DNA of 64,000 nucleotides from contig CBDCTK010000002.1 of NCBI GenBank assembly GCA_965222225.1, positions 864,001 to 928,000 of the forward strand, given 5' to 3'. Within the stretch, counting starts at the first letter, position 1. The number at the start of each line of letters is the position of its first letter. Below, piece by piece: positions 61,502 through 64,000 of the stretch. The notes beneath the pieces were generated by a model. That model had not been told where the DNA came from. It was given only the letters and a program-made list of their open reading frames with translations, and searched no databases. Both the position numbers and the translations under genes were made by a program. Source of the stretch: Candidatus Poribacteria bacterium (GTDB lineage: Bacteria; Poribacteria; WGA-4E; JAJDTR01).

Positions 61502-62181
61502 TGGGTGACGTCTTGGCCCCGTAATCCCGCTTCCTGCAGGTGCACGGTGTAACCGCAGCGTGAGCGATCGGACCGGTTGGGCGGAGCGCCATGGATGGTC
61601 TGGCAGTGATGCATTACCGCATGCCCCGCAGGCACGGTAAACGAGATGGCGCGCGAGGCATCGACCTGGTCATCGGATAGGAGCTTGTGGCTGTAAGCCT
61701 TTGGGTCGTCTAAATCGAGCTCGCCCTCGAGCAGATTGGTCTGGCTGCCCGGAATGTAATGAACACCCCCGTTGGAGGCGTCCGCATCGTCCAGAGCAAT
61801 CCAGATGGTTGCCATGTTGGGCGGGTCGGCAGCCCACCAAATGTTGTCTTGGTGCCACGTCGAAGGGGCGCCCTGCTTCGGCGGCTTCCAGAAGATGTTG
61901 TCCTGGTAGTACTGGACGTTGGGCCCCAGGACCGACTCGGCAGCGTCGAGAAGATTGTCGTTGTTGACGATCGACTTAAACCATTCATCGAAGGAACTGA
62001 CCATTATCAGGCGAAAAGCTTTCTTGCCCAAGCTCTCGGCGGGATTGTCGAGCAGATCGCGCTGGCGCAATGCTTCGATGTGTTCCTTGGCTTCCGCCAC
62101 GGTCGCCTCGTCCAGAACGTTGCCGATGGGAACTACGCCATTGCGGCGGTAGACGTCGATTTGGTCTGATGTAAACTTCAT
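61471..62181 (-). CDS. PhyH family Fe/2OG dioxygenase
   Basis: AAGGAG SD, WKPP..WHQD, NGGVHYIPGS, TIHGAPPNRS..R. Confidence 0.92.
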   Translation of the reverse strand: MKFTSDQIDVYRRNGVVPIGNVLDEATVAEAKEHIEALRQRDLLDNPAESLGKKAFRLIMVSSFDEWFKSIVNNDNLLDAAESVLGPNVQYYQDNIFWKPPKQGAPSTWHQDNIWWAADPPNMATIWIALDDADASNGGVHYIPGSQTNLLEGELDLDDPKAYSHKLLSDDQVDASRAISFTVPAGHAVMHHCQTIHGAPPNRSDRSRCGYTVHLQEAGLRGQDVTQCPILRGKMP

Positions 62182-62195
62182 GCGCAGGCTCCTTT

Positions 62196-62495
62196 CAGGC
62201 TGTGGAAATTGAAAAAAAAGGGACGCTTAACCCTACAATGTGATGAAATGTGGTCGTTTGTGGGTCACAAGAAGAACAAACAATGGAACTGTAATTCCCA
62301 GCAAACGACATCGTCCAGTTGGCAAAGAAACCGGCCAAACCAGTTATATCGAGCGCTTTAATTGCACCATCAGGCAAAGGATCAGCCGACTGGTTCGAAA
62401 AACACTCTCCTTTTCCAAGAAGCTGGAGAATCATATCGGCGCCATTTGGCTCTTTGTTCATCATTACAATGCATCCTTACTTGTTTAGGACTACC
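62196..62495 (+). mobile_element. IS1-family remnant with internal deletion
   Basis: A8G slippery run at 62212-62220, [17 protein letters not shown], then a jump to [40 protein letters not shown]. End GACTACC at 62495 (GGTAGT on the minus strand). Confidence 0.85.
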
Positions 62496-63030
62496 AAATT
62501 GTTTAGCCCTGATTTTATACGGGGCCGTGGGTATTTTGACGATCAATTACCAACTTTCCGATTTGTGATACCCAGTTCATTGAATACGTACGTTTTTCCG
62601 ATAAGGAATATCAACTAACCACTGATTAACGAGTGAATAAACGATAAAGAGTCTTGTCAAATAAATGCCCCAAAAGGGGTTTCAGTGGATCTAGGATTTT
62701 ACATCAAGTCTTCTTGACCCCTCGCGGGGGTCTGTTGATTTCACACTTGTTAGCCCTGTGACGGTTTACGTACCTTTATGCGGTTGTACCCCAATTTCCT
62801 CCAAGAGGTTGCCGAACAGTGCAGCATCAACTCTCGAGATCGAGCAAAGCGAATCGTAGCAGTGCTGTTCCATGTATATCATTCCAGCACTCCTGCGGTT
62901 CCATGGGTGTCTTCAATCACTCAATAGAGACCCCATTGCCTTCAATCCGCTCCAATGAAAAGTGTCCGGTAGTGAATGCCAGGGAAATAAGGGTACCCAT
63001 GTTCTATTATAACACCAACGGCACTAATAA

Positions 63031-64000
63031 TTAGTCGTTCTCGTCGTCCCACATTCCGTTAATCAACTCAACAGTTCGATCAACGAGGACCTGGCCGCCT
63101 TCAGGGCCTACTCTGATGTCGGCGACCTCGACGCTGTAGCCGCCGCCTGCAACCGCTTTGGCTGTAGGCAGATAGCCGCCAGCGGAACACGCCAGTTGGA
63201 TGACAAAAGTTTGCAGCGCTTTACTTTGCGCCTTGATGCGTATGCCATAGTCGACAAACAGCTCAAATGGATTCGTGGCAATGGCAATATCCCCGAATCT
63301 TACGACGTGGAGTTCCATTCGGTAGAAAGGATCTTTCCGTTGCCGTTCGTGCCTATCTATAAGGCTTTTATTGCGACCAAGGGCCACGAAATTTCCGCCC
63401 TTGTCAAACTGCCCCTGTTCCAATAATCTATTATATTCTGACTTTGCGCACTCCAACTCGTCTTCGGTAACCTTTCTCACCGGAAGTTTGAGTTCTTCTA
63501 CCGCATGATCCAGGCGCGCCGCTGTTCGTATATCGCTTTTAGCTGCCGGAAACACGTAATCCACAGCGTCTGCGATCCTGACAGCTATCTCTTCCCGTTC
63601 AGATACGGCCTTTCTCTTCCGCATGTTCTCTTCGGCCCTTCCCGACAACAGGAAACGAGGCGCTTGATCCCCTGCGGCGGAGCATTGCGGCAACACGAAC
63701 AAGCTCTCCGAATAACGCTTTCGCAATTCAGCCCTCGCTTCGTGCCAGAAGTCCGCTGAGACCTGATGCACCGATTCACTCGCCTGAGCGGGGCACGCTA
63801 CATTGACGACTATACCTGTAGGCTCTCCTTCCTCGTTCCAGAAGAAAAGCAGGTTCAGGCTATGATCCTCATATCCCTCTACATGGCTAAAATCCGCCCT
63901 GTCTGTAGAGCCATACATCTTGGCGGAGCCATCAATGTATACTGCTCTTCTGTTATGTCCCACCACAGCGTGGCTCAAAGCCCAACTCGCCCCGCCATGC
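63031..64000 (-). CDS. Ceramidase-like hydrolase (3' part; frame open to the window end)
   Basis: HAVVGHNRR, NVACPAQ, SADFW, AAGDQAP, TNPFELF, GYLPT..GGGYS. Confidence 0.8.
   Translation of the reverse strand, partial: HGGASWALSHAVVGHNRRAVYIDGSAKMYGSTDRADFSHVEGYEDHSLNLLFFWNEEGEPTGIVVNVACPAQASESVHQVSADFWHEARAELRKRYSESLFVLPQCSAAGDQAPRFLLSGRAEENMRKRKAVSEREEIAVRIADAVDYVFPAAKSDIRTAARLDHAVEELKLPVRKVTEDELECAKSEYNRLLEQGQFDKGGNFVALGRNKSLIDRHERQRKDPFYRMELHVVRFGDIAIATNPFELFVDYGIRIKAQSKALQTFVIQLACSAGGYLPTAKAVAGGGYSVEVADIRVGPEGGQVLVDRTVELINGMWDDEND

Noticed and set aside
62716-62732. GACCCC/GGGGTC hairpin as a terminator
   Set aside because: No clear U-tract and about 300 nt from the nearest gene end.
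31158-62796. Recurring TACCCCAA motif (near 31158, 51818 and 62787)
   Set aside because: Too short and without consistent context to distinguish from chance.
1-64000. CRISPR array, cas genes, tRNA or rRNA
   Set aside because: No regularly spaced repeats, cas motifs or recognisable structural RNA genes seen by eye; a covariance search was not run.

Overview
Bacterial genomic window, mostly on the minus strand. The mix of PQQ-like beta-propellers, Kelch and LamG proteins, many PhyH dioxygenases, Gfo/Idh/MocA oxidoreductases and DUF6785-type membrane proteins suggests Candidatus Poribacteria or a similar lineage (inference). Five regions: (i) 2.0-5.9 kb, a DUF488-DUF488-[dual-OB/RecQ/Gp157] operon; (ii) 6-17 kb, an orphan EhpF/EhpG(LuxE/LuxC)-like carboxylate-reductase pair with an Fe-ADH, a HemN-like radical SAM enzyme and beta-propellers; (iii) 23-26 kb, ZIP and P1B-ATPase metal transport; (iv) 27.7-34.9 kb, a defence island; (v) 35-64 kb, catabolic genes decaying into IS630, IS1, Tn3, MITE and group II intron remnants. 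The defence island holds the two strongest signals. First, a short prokaryotic Argonaute is paired with a REase-TIR-APAZ partner whose TIR catalytic Glu appears replaced by Gln. Second, an REase-MTase gene is joined to a specificity-subunit frame that lacks a convincing start codon, through a U_UUU_UUC heptamer, a 6-nt spacer and a 10-bp hairpin, i.e. a candidate -1 programmed ribosomal frameshift. All family assignments come from motif recognition by eye; no searches were run. Several single-base frameshifts could be assembly errors.
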